From the NCBI GenBank assembly GCA_030704615.1, contig CM060731.1, positions 74,462,001 through 74,526,000 on the forward strand: a stretch of DNA of 64,000 nucleotides. The letters run 5' to 3'. Source of the stretch: Takakia lepidozioides (lineage: Eukaryota > Plantae > Bryophyta). The translations under genes were made by a program, and so were the position numbers. The notes under the pieces are model-generated. The model did not search any database, had not been told where the DNA came from, and was given only the letters and a program-made list of their open reading frames with translations. Positions 1 to 11,747 of this stretch are shown here, piece after piece; positions within the stretch are counted from its first letter, which is position 1; every line of letters begins with the position of its first letter.

Positions 1-756
1 TCACGTGAAATCGTGGCTGAATAGGTCACCTCAGCACATTTACGTGCTGGAATGGGTGCGCCGCCTGATTCCCCCTACGGCTCGCCTGGCGGCTTATCCT
101 GTAGAATCGGCAGGGGCTTGCCCATTCCATGATACGCTATGGTCAGGATGTGGTTTTTCTTACCCTGTTTGCCAGTCTATGTTTTGGCAGAATGTTCAAG
201 TAGCTCAAGTAGGTCGCTGAATGCTGGAGTACCACTTTTTTAGGCAGTTTTTCTAAATTGACCATAACGCAAAGGAACGGTCAGGGGCCGGCCATTCTGC
301 CCCATCAGCTGCCTGGCTGTGAATTTCTGGAGAGGCCAGGAAAAAGAGTCCTGAAATATGGCTGACATAGCTTGGGCAAGAGATAGGGAGGAGGCCACTT
401 GAGAAACCCTAAAAACAATCTTGACAGTCACCTTCTGAGCAGCTGCACACAAGAGCTCTCACAACCCAAACTACCGGGTCATGAAGCACATTTAGCCCAA
501 GCTCTAGGCCAGGCGCCCCACGATTGTACCAGTAGAGTCCAAGGAATCTGCTGCACACTCATGGGCACCACTAGATTGGGATCCAGCAACTGAAAAACCG
601 CATGCGTTTAGAATTTGAGAGAGCCCTGTCACAGCCATGGTTCTGCAGCATGCATGGAAAAGACCCAGACACATTCAGATGAATTGGAAATTACAGATTC
701 CACTGTTTGGTTTGTTTACACTTTTCAGCTAGAAAAACTTTTGAGCCATCAAAAGC

Positions 757-3700
757 TTCATGGCTAGACTCCAATGGTAAAGGTCAGGTTTAATCCTCCT
801 TTATGCTTTGTAGAAACTGCAAGTAGTGATTGTTAAGTTCCAAACACTCAAATCTCTTGGAGCCTTGTTTCTTCTTGCACATGTGTCAAGTCGATCACCA
901 TCTGTCTGTGTCTGTAGTAGCAGTGGCAGTGAGCCGGAGTTATTCTGTTTTTCAGTATGGCCAAAACTGTCCAATGATATTCTTGTCTCAAATTACTCCC
1001 TACCTGCTCATTGATCTCCCACACCCTCGCCCTTTCTCTGAGGTTGTAATACATCTCTTTCATTCTGTTTTCTTTGCTCTCTCAATACAGCAGTTGCAAT
1101 GTTGCTTGTGAGTCTAGTTGTGATGGAGTTGCACTGGTGCTCCTCTTTGTCAGGTGAAAGTGAACAAACACCAGGGGAAGCCTGCCCTTGGACAGGCAAC
1201 GAGCCAAAGAAAGACTTCTGATAGCAGACTGATGGAAGAGTTTTTTTCTGAGTCATTATCATATTACACCTAACTTGGAGATTTGTTATCTTGCTGATGT
1301 GGCAACCTCTCGTATCCGATAGACAGATCGGGGCTGTGATTCAAAGTAAGTCCTCACACATACCTCTGCTAGCAGCCCCAAGAAAACCAGCTGCAGCCAA
1401 GTCAATGCCACAAAATCTGGTCAGATTCCAATAAGTGGATAGATGATGTAGCACTCATTGCCCATTCCCTGTCAACATTGGACATACCCTTGTGCACAGT
1501 TCCTGCACAATACTAAGTCCTCCGGGAGCTGGTTGTGTGGTTTCAGCCCACTGATGAGATAGAGAGAGAAAAAAAACTCTCTATGACATCCATTGAAGGA
1601 CCTGAGGGGAATGGGTCAAAGAAACAATGAAGAGAGAGAGAGAAAGAGAGAGAGTACACTACTGCAGGTATGTACATGAGTAGATAGTCTTAATCGAAGC
1701 TCACTCACGCTTTGTTTCCTATGTTAGAAGGAGACGGTCAGTAATATGCTGACCAAACAACCAGGATTGTGTTGCACCTGTAGACCCATAACAAGGAGCT
1801 CAGCACAGAGGACATAGCTTGGAGTTGCATTGGAAAGGGCCATTCCATAGCCCCAAGTCCGGGCTGCAGTTATCAGTGACCAGCTTGCAAAGACACCTGC
1901 AAAGAAGGATCCAACAATACAGAGGGCTCCCAGAAAACCCATCAGGCGCATGGGCCGGTCCCTGAATTGAATCCAGAAACACAGCATTGTGAGGTCGAGT
2001 AGGACGCTAACAATCCGACTCAGCCCATACTTAGACTTCCCAAATGTCCGTGGGTGATGCTGCACCTGCAGTGGCAAGGAACACTTTAATGGGAGAATTT
2101 TCCTCTGTGAAAGTTGTGCCTTGCAAGACTGGGAAAACAACATAACCGACAATAAATGGACCAGCTTGAAAAGGCCCATAGCTAAATGGAAGTGAGCATG
2201 CACCACAGAACCAGAATGACCAGCACAGAACTGGTAAAATTGACCAACTGCTGGGAGAGGTTAAAGTCAACACACCTGGATCTCTGAAATGGCAGCCCCC
2301 TCCATGGCTGCAAGGGCAGGAATGAAGCGGTGCATTTCTCCATACAAGCGAAGATTTGATACCAGTGATGCTCGGTAGGCTTTCAGGCTGCAGCCATAGT
2401 CATGTAGTTTAACCTGCATCCATCCCACTGCCATTGGATTTGTTATCGTATAACCATTGCTATGAACTTCAAATCAAGACGGGTTGTGAAAGAAGTGGTT
2501 GGGATTACAAAAAGACCGTGAAATGTTTGAAATTCCACACTCCAAACCTAGGGGGAGAATGAACAGTGCATCCATCTTCATAGCCACGACAATATTCTGC
2601 TATTTATGTGATAGTTGGAAAAATGAGGTGGTTGTCTTCCCAACAGAGAATATAGGCCATGGCTACTAGTTTTAGCAACTGTGGAGCTTGAAGGCAAAAG
2701 AGTTCTTGGGGACATCAGGTGGGGAAAAGGGTTTGTCAACTTACCCCAGTCACCTTGCCTATCAGCCAATTCGCAACACTCGACGGAAAGTTTCTTGTGA
2801 GAAAATTGTCTTTCCGGTCACGGCGCCATCCACACACCAAATCATAGCCTCCATCTTCCCTAACCACTCCTGTCTCTACAGCTTCTCCCCCTGAGTCCCC
2901 ATAAATCAAATGGTCCAGGAGTTTAGGGATGTCCTCTGCATCATTCTGCAAGTCCCCATCCAATGTCACCAGAATTTCACCAGCTGCAAAGTCGAATCCT
3001 GCAGCCATTGCCGCCGTTTGACCGAAGTTTCGGCGAAAGATTACGGCCCTCATATCCTCCCTCTCAGCTGCCATGGCCTTCAGCAGCTGTGTGCTTCCTG
3101 GGTTCAGTACCACAAGAAATTGATAAATTTTCTAGTGACATGAAAAGCGACAAACTCTTCACCAGTTTGTCATTCTGTGAAAAGTAGTAAGGGGCTCCAT
3201 GTGTGGGGATTGCTCATCAGCAGGTGAGAGTGCTTTGCAAGCTGACATAGGTCAATGACTCCGAACGAAGACAACCAGTATTCTTACTTTATCCTCTCTG
3301 CCTTCTTAGCTATGGCCGCCGCCATGACGTGCGCTCCCAATCGAGGGCACACCGCAATTCTCAACCTACAGAGGTGGCACAAAAGTTTTCATTTTTCCAA
3401 CAACTACATAGGTGCTTACTATGATGGAGTCAGCTGTAATCCCTGCAAATCTGAACCCTTCAACTGCCATCAATCAGACAAGAGAGTCCTACATGCTTAA
3501 GAAAAACATACACTGCTTAAACCCTACCCTGATTCGACAAACCATTTTTCCATAAACTATTGCATTCCCAGAAAATTCACACTACCGGACACAAGGGCTG
3601 CCTAAAGAGAAGAACAATCAAACAAATCTACACTTCGATTGGTGCAAGTGAAATTAGGGTTTCAAACTACTGAGTATTCAGAAACGAGACCTATACTCGA

Positions 3701-4660
3701 GCTTTCTATGAAACAAGACGGTTTTTACTACAGGAGAGGACTTACCGTCAGTTGATCCGTCGTCAATGCAAATGATTTCGTAAGGCCCTCCCCGCCTGCG
3801 CATCACAGCTCCCACTCTTTCCACCAGGATCCCTATGGAGGATACTTCATTATATACTGGAATAATGACAGAAACAGCCATTGGCTCTTCAGCCGGTAAC
3901 GGTGAAGAAATCGCTCCAAGCGTTGAAACTGGCTGTGTTGCCTTTCTTTTAACGTGCGACACGTTCTTGTGGGAACAGAAAGGTGATCCCTCCCACAGTA
4001 GACCATTCGAAATAGGAGATGGCACTGATAAATATTGGGCAGCCGTAAACCTGCGGCTCTCCTTGCTGGTTCGGGCAGACAACTTTCCTCTGCTTTGAGA
4101 CACCAGACATTGGACAGGCCTCCATTGTTTGTAGCAGGTCCTGCAACAGAAAATTCAAATTTAAAGTGGAAATTAGATGAACCTGATTGAGTAGGTTTTG
4201 GTGCCAAGCCATGACTTTCTAGAGATGTAATTGAGACACGCGGAACAAAGAAGAACTTTCTCTTCAACTGGAATGCCGAGAAGACGTAACCACTGACCTG
4301 TCTAGCACCGACCTGAAATCAGCAGCAAGAAGAGATCGAGTCTCGTGCGCAGCTCGCCGCCCACTTACGGAGACTTCCTCCACATTCACGCTCAACCCAA
4401 GCCGTAACCCAAGCATTATGAAACGTCTCGGCAACAAACCCCTCAAACGAAAAGTTTCTCTAGAACATTAGCGCCCAAAAAAATTCACATTCCTACTGTC
4501 CTGTCATCGAAACCACGGTGGCCGAGATGCAGTGCAGGACGTCGGCGTTCCAACATCCGTTTCATCGTGAGCAACAGCACTTCCAAGCAGGTGGGCTCAT
4601 AAGGCTATCTCAGATTCTTCAAATCAACCAAGACGTTATCCATTCAGTCTTTCGGACCCA
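757..4660 (+). repeat. Segmental duplication copy 1 (GT2 locus and flanks)
   Basis: Colinear high similarity to ~11722-15470 including introns and the (GA)n tract; right breakpoint at 'ttcggacccac' (~4651-4661 vs ~15462-15472). Confidence 0.9.
1286..4140 (-). CDS. Glycosyltransferase family 2 (bacterial DPM1-like/ArnC/GtrB-type polyprenyl-phosphate glycosyltransferase), spliced
   Basis: Exons joined by GT-AG in frame: <=4140-3746 (MAVSVIIPVYNE...IICIDDGSTDG), 3097-2745 ([15 protein letters not shown]...TLDGDLQND...GYDLVCGWR), 2413-2276 (VKLHDYGCSLKAYR...LYGEMHRFIPALA), 2065-1778 (VQHHPRTFGKSKYGLSR, two hydrophobic helices), 1390-1286 (LVFLGLLAEVCVRTYFESQPRSVYRIREVATSAR*). True start uncertain: ATG at 3881, but the frame stays open upstream to ~4140. 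Confidence 0.9.
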
Positions 4661-5636
4661 CGTGGGCAGAGATGATTGCAAGGCACTGCTCTCCTGCGCA
4701 ACGTGGTAGCCCTACCTCTTCCTTGCGGGGGTCTCACATCATGCAGCAGATTGAGGGGCCAGGCTGTGGAGCAGTGGAAGGCGTCCACCTTGGCCATGAC
4801 GGACACGGATAGGGGGCCTCACCAGCCTCTAGGAAAACCGAAAAAAGGTATAGACGTGTAACTCTTTTCTTTACTTTTTTTAGCTCATTTCGACAGTGTG
4901 CATCGGAGTAATCCAGAGCTCCATGTGGTCATTGACCCATCCCAGATCTACCGTCTTGGGTGAAGTAGTCCAGTAGTAATATCTGAATGCAAGCACCAAT
5001 CTTGTGCTCCTTCCATCAGTATGTCTTGAAATTCTAAATCTGGAATCTGTTTATGTTACTTCAGACAATTGCATGAAGAGAGAAGCAAAAGAGGAGAATT
5101 ATAACTTCCACGGGAAGCCATATGGCCCATGGACCACAGTCAAACAACATAATACCAGGCACATGTTAAACCTCCGACGTTGCATGAGGACTAGATTCCC
5201 AATCCAACACCATATTGCGCACTTGTCTGTGATGGCAGTGTCTGTCACACCGTCCTTGGGGGTAGGAGTACAAAGATCTCACCACCCAATCAACTCCCTT
5301 GCAGCAGAATTTTCGAACTGATTTCCACTGATGCCCTCCCTCCAGCGGAAGGGTTCTCTTCAATCTTCCAAACAACATGAGCAAAATATGAGTATGTCTA
5401 AAATCCAATTTGGTCTTAATTTTGACACTTCATTGTCAAGGAAAGGGCTGGAGTGAGAGAGTCCATGCAAATAATCAAAGACACAGGAGATGCATGGAAA
5501 GCCAACTCTGACATTGTTGGGTAAGACCTAGTAAATTTGAGCTGCTAAAGATCAATAAAGCACTAGCACCCCTCAATGGACATGAGGCAATTGGAAGCCG
5601 ACAGAGTCCTGATCTTCGTGTAGTCCTTGCATGCAG

Positions 5637-6133
5637 GTCAAGCAATGAGCGAAAACGACTCTGGCAGGTGTTCTTCTCAGATCCATCAAAGTGGTGGGAC
5701 AACAGGTTTGATAAGGTGAGCATGTCTTAATTTAATTGGTCAGAGTGCGTCAGGGAGGCTTGTGACTGAAGCTGGCATGATGATCCTTTGTTCACAGGAT
5801 TGTCTCCAGTTCCTTATAATGCTCTTCATAATCTTCAAGGTTGTTCCCTATTATTGGAACGATGTGTGGAGCTGTGGATGGTTGTAGCCTGGTCCACATG
5901 AAGCTGTAGTCGAAGCTATGGCTGATCAGCTGCCCACTGTTAGTTTTACAGAAAAGTGCCCGATCACCAGACTTCAGGCATAAGGACACAAACGAGGTCC
6001 TTTGGATTGAGAGTTCAACAAACCCTCCTTGGGTGAAATCAGAGCTACATGCCATGGCACAAGGTCAAGCACAATGTGATGATGGTTCTAATGTTGATGT
6101 ACATCATGGAGCTGCAGGCCAAGAACACAACAG
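5637..6133 (+). CDS. OSB-type (organellar ssDNA-binding) PDF-motif exons; full gene may span ~4528-6630
   Basis: Exon 5637-5715 SSNERKRLWQVFFSDPSKWWDNRFDK plus exon 5952-6133 KSARSPDFRHKDTNEVLWIESSTNPPWVKSEL give the complete PDF motif (W..FF..P..WWDNR..K.....PDF.HK.T...LW......P.WV). Upstream exons could not be joined without a stop. Confidence 0.75.
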
Positions 6134-7420
6134 GTATTGTCGTGATGATAATTAAGTGTTCCATTCAAACAGTTTCTTCCTCCAAGTAGATGGCAGCCCA
6201 TCGTTTTGTAACTCTGTTGATATATGGCAACAGGCTGTTCTTCTCACTTTCTTTCATGTTTTGTGGCTGCTTGATTAAGGTGAAATCAGGCCTTTTTCAA
6301 ACAACAAAATTCTTAGTAAGAATTCCTGTGTGTGACTCGAGTGTTCATGGAGTATTGCCATTGGTTGATCTAGCTGTTATTCTCATTATGGATACTGGCA
6401 CCTGGTGGACAGGGAAAACTTCCACTTTAAGATGACAGCATGGAGTTGATCTCTGTACATTTACAATTTCCACATACTAGTGGATTTGATGCTTGTGATA
6501 CAGAAAATTATCACAAAACAGTGTTTTCTCTAGTTTGCTTGTTGTACCCTCATAAAGAGTTCCATATGTTGGAGATTATTGTGACATTTTGTCAGGCAAA
6601 ATTTGCGCAAAGCTTGACGCCGAAGAATAGTGCATTGAACCCTGCAGTCTATCTGGGGAACATATTTTATATCCTTGTTAAAGTACAGCTGGTTTTCTTT
6701 GTGTGTGGTAGTTTGACTTGTGAAACACTTTGTGCCGGGCTGTTTGCCTTTTGAAGATTTCAGAGCAAGCTACTATCTGGGGTAAAAACCTCAAAGAACC
6801 TTCACCTTAACGAAACATGCAGAGAATCCTAACAGATCTTTCCAATCAGTGCCAAAACTTAGTCGCAAACTTGATTTAATTAAATTACTGCTGAGCTGAA
6901 GAGAGAGTCGTGGCAGATGAGGAAGGCTGCAGAGGCTGTGTTAGAGAAAGAGTTGTTTTGTTTTGAGTTGTTTTCAATGTTCATGGCCCTTGAGAATGAG
7001 ACTGCAAGTGTGAGCATTAAGTTGCACATGAATTGCACAGCCACAGCAGTATAATTAAATGAACCACATAAATGTGTAGAAACAATTCCATCCAGCAGTG
7101 TACCACATCTGATACTTCATTTCCATAACCTAGTCTGAGCCAGCACTACTTACTTTGGCAAGTTTGTGTGGAGATCACTCTCTGTCTGTGTGGGTATTTC
7201 ATTTCCCTTGACTAGTGATGAGACTCTATATACCCACATGCTCCAGACATCAATAATGTACATAGGCAGCAGTCGCTTGGAGTAACACAACAAACACCTT
7301 AAATTAAGAATTTTGGTTCAAGAGAAACAATCTCATTTGAAATCATAAAAATCTAAGTTGTAGAAGCAAAAGATTTGAGTCCCCCAAGAGGCAGATTGAA
7401 CTGAGGCTGAATGGATGTGA

Positions 7421-8677
7421 TCAGCACCGGGAAATCACAGGCTTGAGCCTAGAGGGGTCAACGCACACCCAGAGGTCGTTCAGGACAGATTTGGCCAAAT
7501 CTGAGCGGACATCAATGGAATTCATGGACAGCGAAGTTCGGTACTCCTCTGGAAGCAGTCGGTAGCTAGGTGTACAGCTCTCGCAATTGGACAGATCAAG
7601 TTGGGAGATTCCTTTGAAGGTCGACAGATCACGTTTGCAGATCCCGTTGACCGCATCGCCATCTCGTTGCTTTCGCAGCTCGCGCATGCGTAACCTTGCA
7701 GATATTCTTGCATGGGGCATCCGCTGCGCCCGCTCTTGACTGTCTTGTTTCCTCTTCTCAAGCTCATTCCACTCGAGAAACCTCTCAAGGGCAAGTGATT
7801 TTGGCGTACTTCTCAATTCTAATTCTTGCATATCGACGCGTAAAATTAATTTCTGTGGAGTTCTTTCTTCCTCCCCCTTCTTGCCACCATCCGGCTGGCC
7901 GTGCGCCACCCCTTTAATCTTCCCTTGCTGCACTTCATGGCCCCGCCCAGAAACTGGCCGGTACAATTTCTTTCTTCGCACAGCGGGCCCTTGTCCAGCT
8001 ACGAGATTGAATCCTCTCAGCAGATCAGGATGGCCGCGGAAAAGAGTGCCCACCATGTCGTAAACTGTACCACGAGAGATATTCCCCTCCCGAAACTCCT
8101 TCAGTATCTTCATAAAGGCCTCGACAGTGTGCACATCCCCTAATGTCGAGCGGACCTTGCGAAAGTACTCCAACGCTCTAGTGTTCATCGGCAAATCTTC
8201 ATGTGCTGCCAGACCGTTGCTCTCTGCTGTCAAAGTCTGATCTGAAATCAGCTCCGTGTCCTCCACTGCCGCAGCCTGATCTGAAATCAGCTCCTTGTCT
8301 TCCTTTGTCAAAGCCTGATCTGAAATCAGATCCCTGTCCTCGGACGACAAAGCTTGATGTGCATTCGCCTTCTGGTCCTCCAACGGCAAAGGCATCCTAA
8401 AACCATGGGGAAGAAAGGCATCGAATTTCTGTATGAGCTCTGGGTGTCCCTTGAGAAGCTCCAACACCCTCGCCATCAACTCTTGAACATTCCATTTCTC
8501 TGCTCTGTACTCCCCCAGTACCTGCACAAACTCGTTGAACTTCTCCGAGTCATTGAATTGAATCCTGACTGCGTTGAGATAAAGCATGCAACGCCCGACC
8601 GTGGGCATATCTGGGTGTGCATCATGCGCAGGAAGATCAGCAGAGAAAGCACCAGCTCCTGCCATGCTCCCCTCCAT
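7421..8677 (-). CDS. Intronless truncated Sin3-like protein: two PAH domains plus the start of the HDAC-interaction domain
   Basis: 418-aa ORF. PAH: YLNAVRIQF...RVLELLKGHPELIQKFDAFLPHGF. PAH: ALEYFRKVR...VGTLFRGHPDLLRGFN. HID start: LDLSNCESCTPSYRLLPEEY...VLNDLWVCV, then stop. Confidence 0.85.
   Translation of the reverse strand: MEGSMAGAGAFSADLPAHDAHPDMPTVGRCMLYLNAVRIQFNDSEKFNEFVQVLGEYRAEKWNVQELMARVLELLKGHPELIQKFDAFLPHGFRMPLPLEDQKANAHQALSSEDRDLISDQALTKEDKELISDQAAAVEDTELISDQTLTAESNGLAAHEDLPMNTRALEYFRKVRSTLGDVHTVEAFMKILKEFREGNISRGTVYDMVGTLFRGHPDLLRGFNLVAGQGPAVRRKKLYRPVSGRGHEVQQGKIKGVAHGQPDGGKKGEEERTPQKLILRVDMQELELRSTPKSLALERFLEWNELEKRKQDSQERAQRMPHARISARLRMRELRKQRDGDAVNGICKRDLSTFKGISQLDLSNCESCTPSYRLLPEEYRTSLSMNSIDVRSDLAKSVLNDLWVCVDPSRLKPVISRC
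8237..8356 (-). repeat. 39-bp in-frame tandem repeat (~3 copies) between the PAH domains
   Basis: ctgatctgaaatcag recurs every 39 bp; peptide DLISDQALTKEDK/ELISDQAAAVEDT/ELISDQTLTAES. Confidence 0.9.
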
Positions 8678-8736
8678 CGTCTCTCCCCAACACTACTAGA
8701 CTTTTTCCTATAGTAAGTATATATAGGTCTTCCCAC

Positions 8737-8985
8737 CAAAAGGCTTTCATTTCATCCAAGAAAACCCGCTTCTTCATTCATTCATACTACAGCTGCAATC
8801 TCTCTCTCCACGTACACAGTAACTATATATATAAGGCTTTCATTTCATTCAAGAAAACCCGCTTCTAAATTGATTCATACTACAGCTGCAATCTCTCTTT
8901 CCACACACAGTATGTATATATAGGCAAGAAACCCGCTTAGAAAACCCGCTTCTAAATTCATCCATACTACAGCTGCAATCTGTCT
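8737..8985. repeat. ~90-bp tandem repeat (3 copies) just upstream of the Sin3-like ORF, with TATA-like tracts between copies
   Basis: aagaaaacccgcttct...catactacagctgcaatct occurs three times, separated by tatatata tracts. Confidence 0.8.
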
Positions 8986-11027
8986 GCCTTTGCTCACAAG
9001 TCTGGGCAGTGGATTCAGAGAAGTACCGTGCGCCCCACACTCCGGTTGAGTTGGATACGAAGGTAGCTGCAGTGCTGGAATCAAAGATCTTCTCTATTGC
9101 GACTACAAGCGCTTCAATCAATCAACACTACTCATCACCAGATCGGTCTAACCATAGCAACCACTCCTCAAATTATGGGCTGAATTGCTTGTATGGAGAT
9201 CCGTATACACAAGTTCTGCTCTAATACAGATTATAGAAAAACAGCATCTGCAGAATTCATGGTTTCAATTTGAGACACTACACTAGCTGACACTATCTAT
9301 TTTCATGGATGCATTTTGATGGATAATTCTTGTTGGATGTACGTGCGACTGCCCTTTCATCGGCACTGCTCTTGGATTATGAGACTCCACACTTCACCAG
9401 AACCACCAGAACGCAAACCCCGTCGCTTTTGGCTGCAGGGCATGAGATCGATGCTGTCGTTGAAGGAGCAGTAGAAGTAGCTAGGTGTTCCAATCTAGTT
9501 TAAGCTACTCCAGGAAATTCTTTCTTGTACATGATTAGGCAATGCTCACTTTTACAATAACATCATACGACAAATTATGTCACTGTCTCTGCCCCCACCA
9601 TTGCTGAACAACTTTGACGGCTTCAAATGATAATCCATAGATTTCATGCTTTGACAAGTTGACAAGTTTCCAATGCAGCCCACTTAGAGCAGAGGATAGA
9701 AAAAGCTTCCTATCAAGAGCATGGACAGCCATCTCTCAAGTCTCTTGGGCAAAAAGAGCTTGGAGAGGACCTAAGCTCAGGGAGTAGTGCACGCCACAGC
9801 CATGTCCACTATAAAGGTACCTTCAACAATCCAACAACTGAAGCTAAAGGACATTGTCTTAGAGTTGTGTCACTCCAAGCAACAAAAGGGAATTTAGAAT
9901 CCACCAAATGTTCAAAAACAATATCTAATATCTATTTTTCTAATATTGATTTCTTTCATGAAGTTCAATAAACTCGATAGACTGTTGTGAAATCTAGCGC
10001 TTTCCAACAAATGCTTTGAGACCAAACAACATTTCTGGCATGTCAGCCTATAATGAGGATGATACAATGAAGCATAAGGTTTTAACACAAAACCCTTGCT
10101 CTGAGTTAAAAGATTACCTATTGGACGCGACGAGTATAACATTATGCTATCCTCTTTATCCTACCACCAGCACTCAAGCAAATATTTGTTATTATATTCA
10201 AAGCCATCTAGAAATGAATGGAGAGCCATTACGCACTAAAAGGGCGACGTCAGATGGGATATGGAGTCCTGTGATAAGGTGGGTTAGGCTCAAGAATCGC
10301 TCACCTGAAAATGCTTCAGTATCTAGCACGAGTGATCAATGCAAAATATTTTCCTCTAAGTGTCTATTGACAAGTATATAGTTCAACTTCTCCACTCACA
10401 GTGCAAAGTGTTTATCTTAAACTATTTATATCTAATTGCCTTCCGTTATTCTTTGCATGTATTGTCATCCATGCTCAATTTGTAACTTGATACTGTTCTA
10501 TATGCAATTCCAAGTGCTTTTTTCCAAACTAGTAGGATACATCTTTTGGGAATGGCTTAGTTTTGAAAGGTACCTAAGACTTTAATTTGCAAGTTGAATA
10601 AAATTTTTGCCCTTCGAATGGAAAGGCTGTAATTTTGGCAGCCATCCGACATGCATGTAACATAATTTTTTTTTTTAATACAGTACACATGAAATGGAAA
10701 TCTTTTCACATTACACATATGTATAAATACATGCCAATTTCCACATAGGCCTCGTCTTTTTAAGCTTCAGTTCTAGAAAGACAAGTAGTTGGTCCTTGCT
10801 GAAAATAACTGCATCTGGTTCCTACCAGAAGCTGAGCTTAGACGATGATTGCAAAGCAGTGGGCCCTTTTGCGAACTTGCACACAAATTTGTATTCCTTC
10901 GCACCTGCTGATGGCGACATATCAGCATCCAAAAACCGTTGAATGTAATATGCTTTGTTGGTCACTATGGCAGACCCCAAGCAAATAAGTGCATTGTCCG
11001 TGATACTCACTGTATTCACCATAATCA

Positions 11028-11747
11028 AACAAGGAGTCCAAAGCCATGGATGGAACAAACCCTTATTATCCAAACAAAGCGAAAAAAAAAACATATAATT
11101 TCAAATAAAACCCCATATACCTGTTAGAGGTACCAATAAGGTTAAGACTGTAACAGAGTAGTTGTACTGTCCACCAGTCGCAATAACATCAACGACGTCT
11201 AAATATTCAACATCGTAACCATCGAGTTTGCAAAGCAACCAGGTTTGTGTGTCTCCTTTAAAAAGCAGATCACTATTTCAAAGACTCTTAAACCTCTTTT
11301 TGCGAGTCAGATATTATCTTTGTCGAAAACCATTATTTTGATGTCCACCATCAACGAAGCCGTTGAAAGATCAATTCGGATCACGATGCCATCTTTGTCC
11401 AAAACCGTTACTTTGATGTCTGCCATTAATGAAATAACAATTTTCGATAAAAATGATACGTGCAAAAGGAGGTCTAAAAGTGTCTTCGAAAGAGTGACTT
11501 GCTCTTTACTTTGAAGGAGACACACGGACTTGGTTGCCTCGCAGACTCCGATGGTTAAGATGTTGAATATTCAGACGTCGTTGACGTTATTGCGGCTGGC
11601 AAAAAGTACATCTACTCCGCTATAGCCCCATCCTTATCGGCACCTCTGGCAAGTATGAGCTTTGCACTTGAAAAGATCTGTTTACCTTATTCGCTTGTTT
11701 GGATAGTAAGGGTTTGTTTCATCCATGGCTTCAGACTCCTTGCTTTG
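11028..11747. repeat. Long imperfect inverted repeat (~320-bp arms), hairpin-forming
   Basis: Left arm aaggagtccaaagccatggatggaacaaaccctta...caataacatcaacgacgtctaaatattcaacatc matches the reverse complement of the right arm (gatgttgaatattcagacgtcgttgacgttattg...taagggtttgtttcatccatggcttcagactcctt). Confidence 0.9.

Noticed and set aside
1-600. Exon-like minus-strand segments with splice signals
   Set aside because: Every joining I tried hits stops and no domain is recognisable; the GT2 gene already ends at 1286.
1641-1660. miR529-like sequence agaaagagagagagtaca
   Set aside because: It is the end of a (GA)n microsatellite in an intron, with no convincing fold-back.
1286-4140. Bacterial contamination as the source of the GT2 sequence
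   Set aside because: It has canonical spliceosomal introns, a local duplicate and plant-gene neighbours.
9009-9224. ELDTKVAAVLESKIFSIA resembling a MED15 KIX helix
   Set aside because: The match is short, has no ATG or supporting exons, and cannot be supported by eye.
11028-11747. Fold-back as a MULE with long TIRs
   Set aside because: No target-site duplication was found and the right arm is continuous with duplicated host sequence; not fully excluded.
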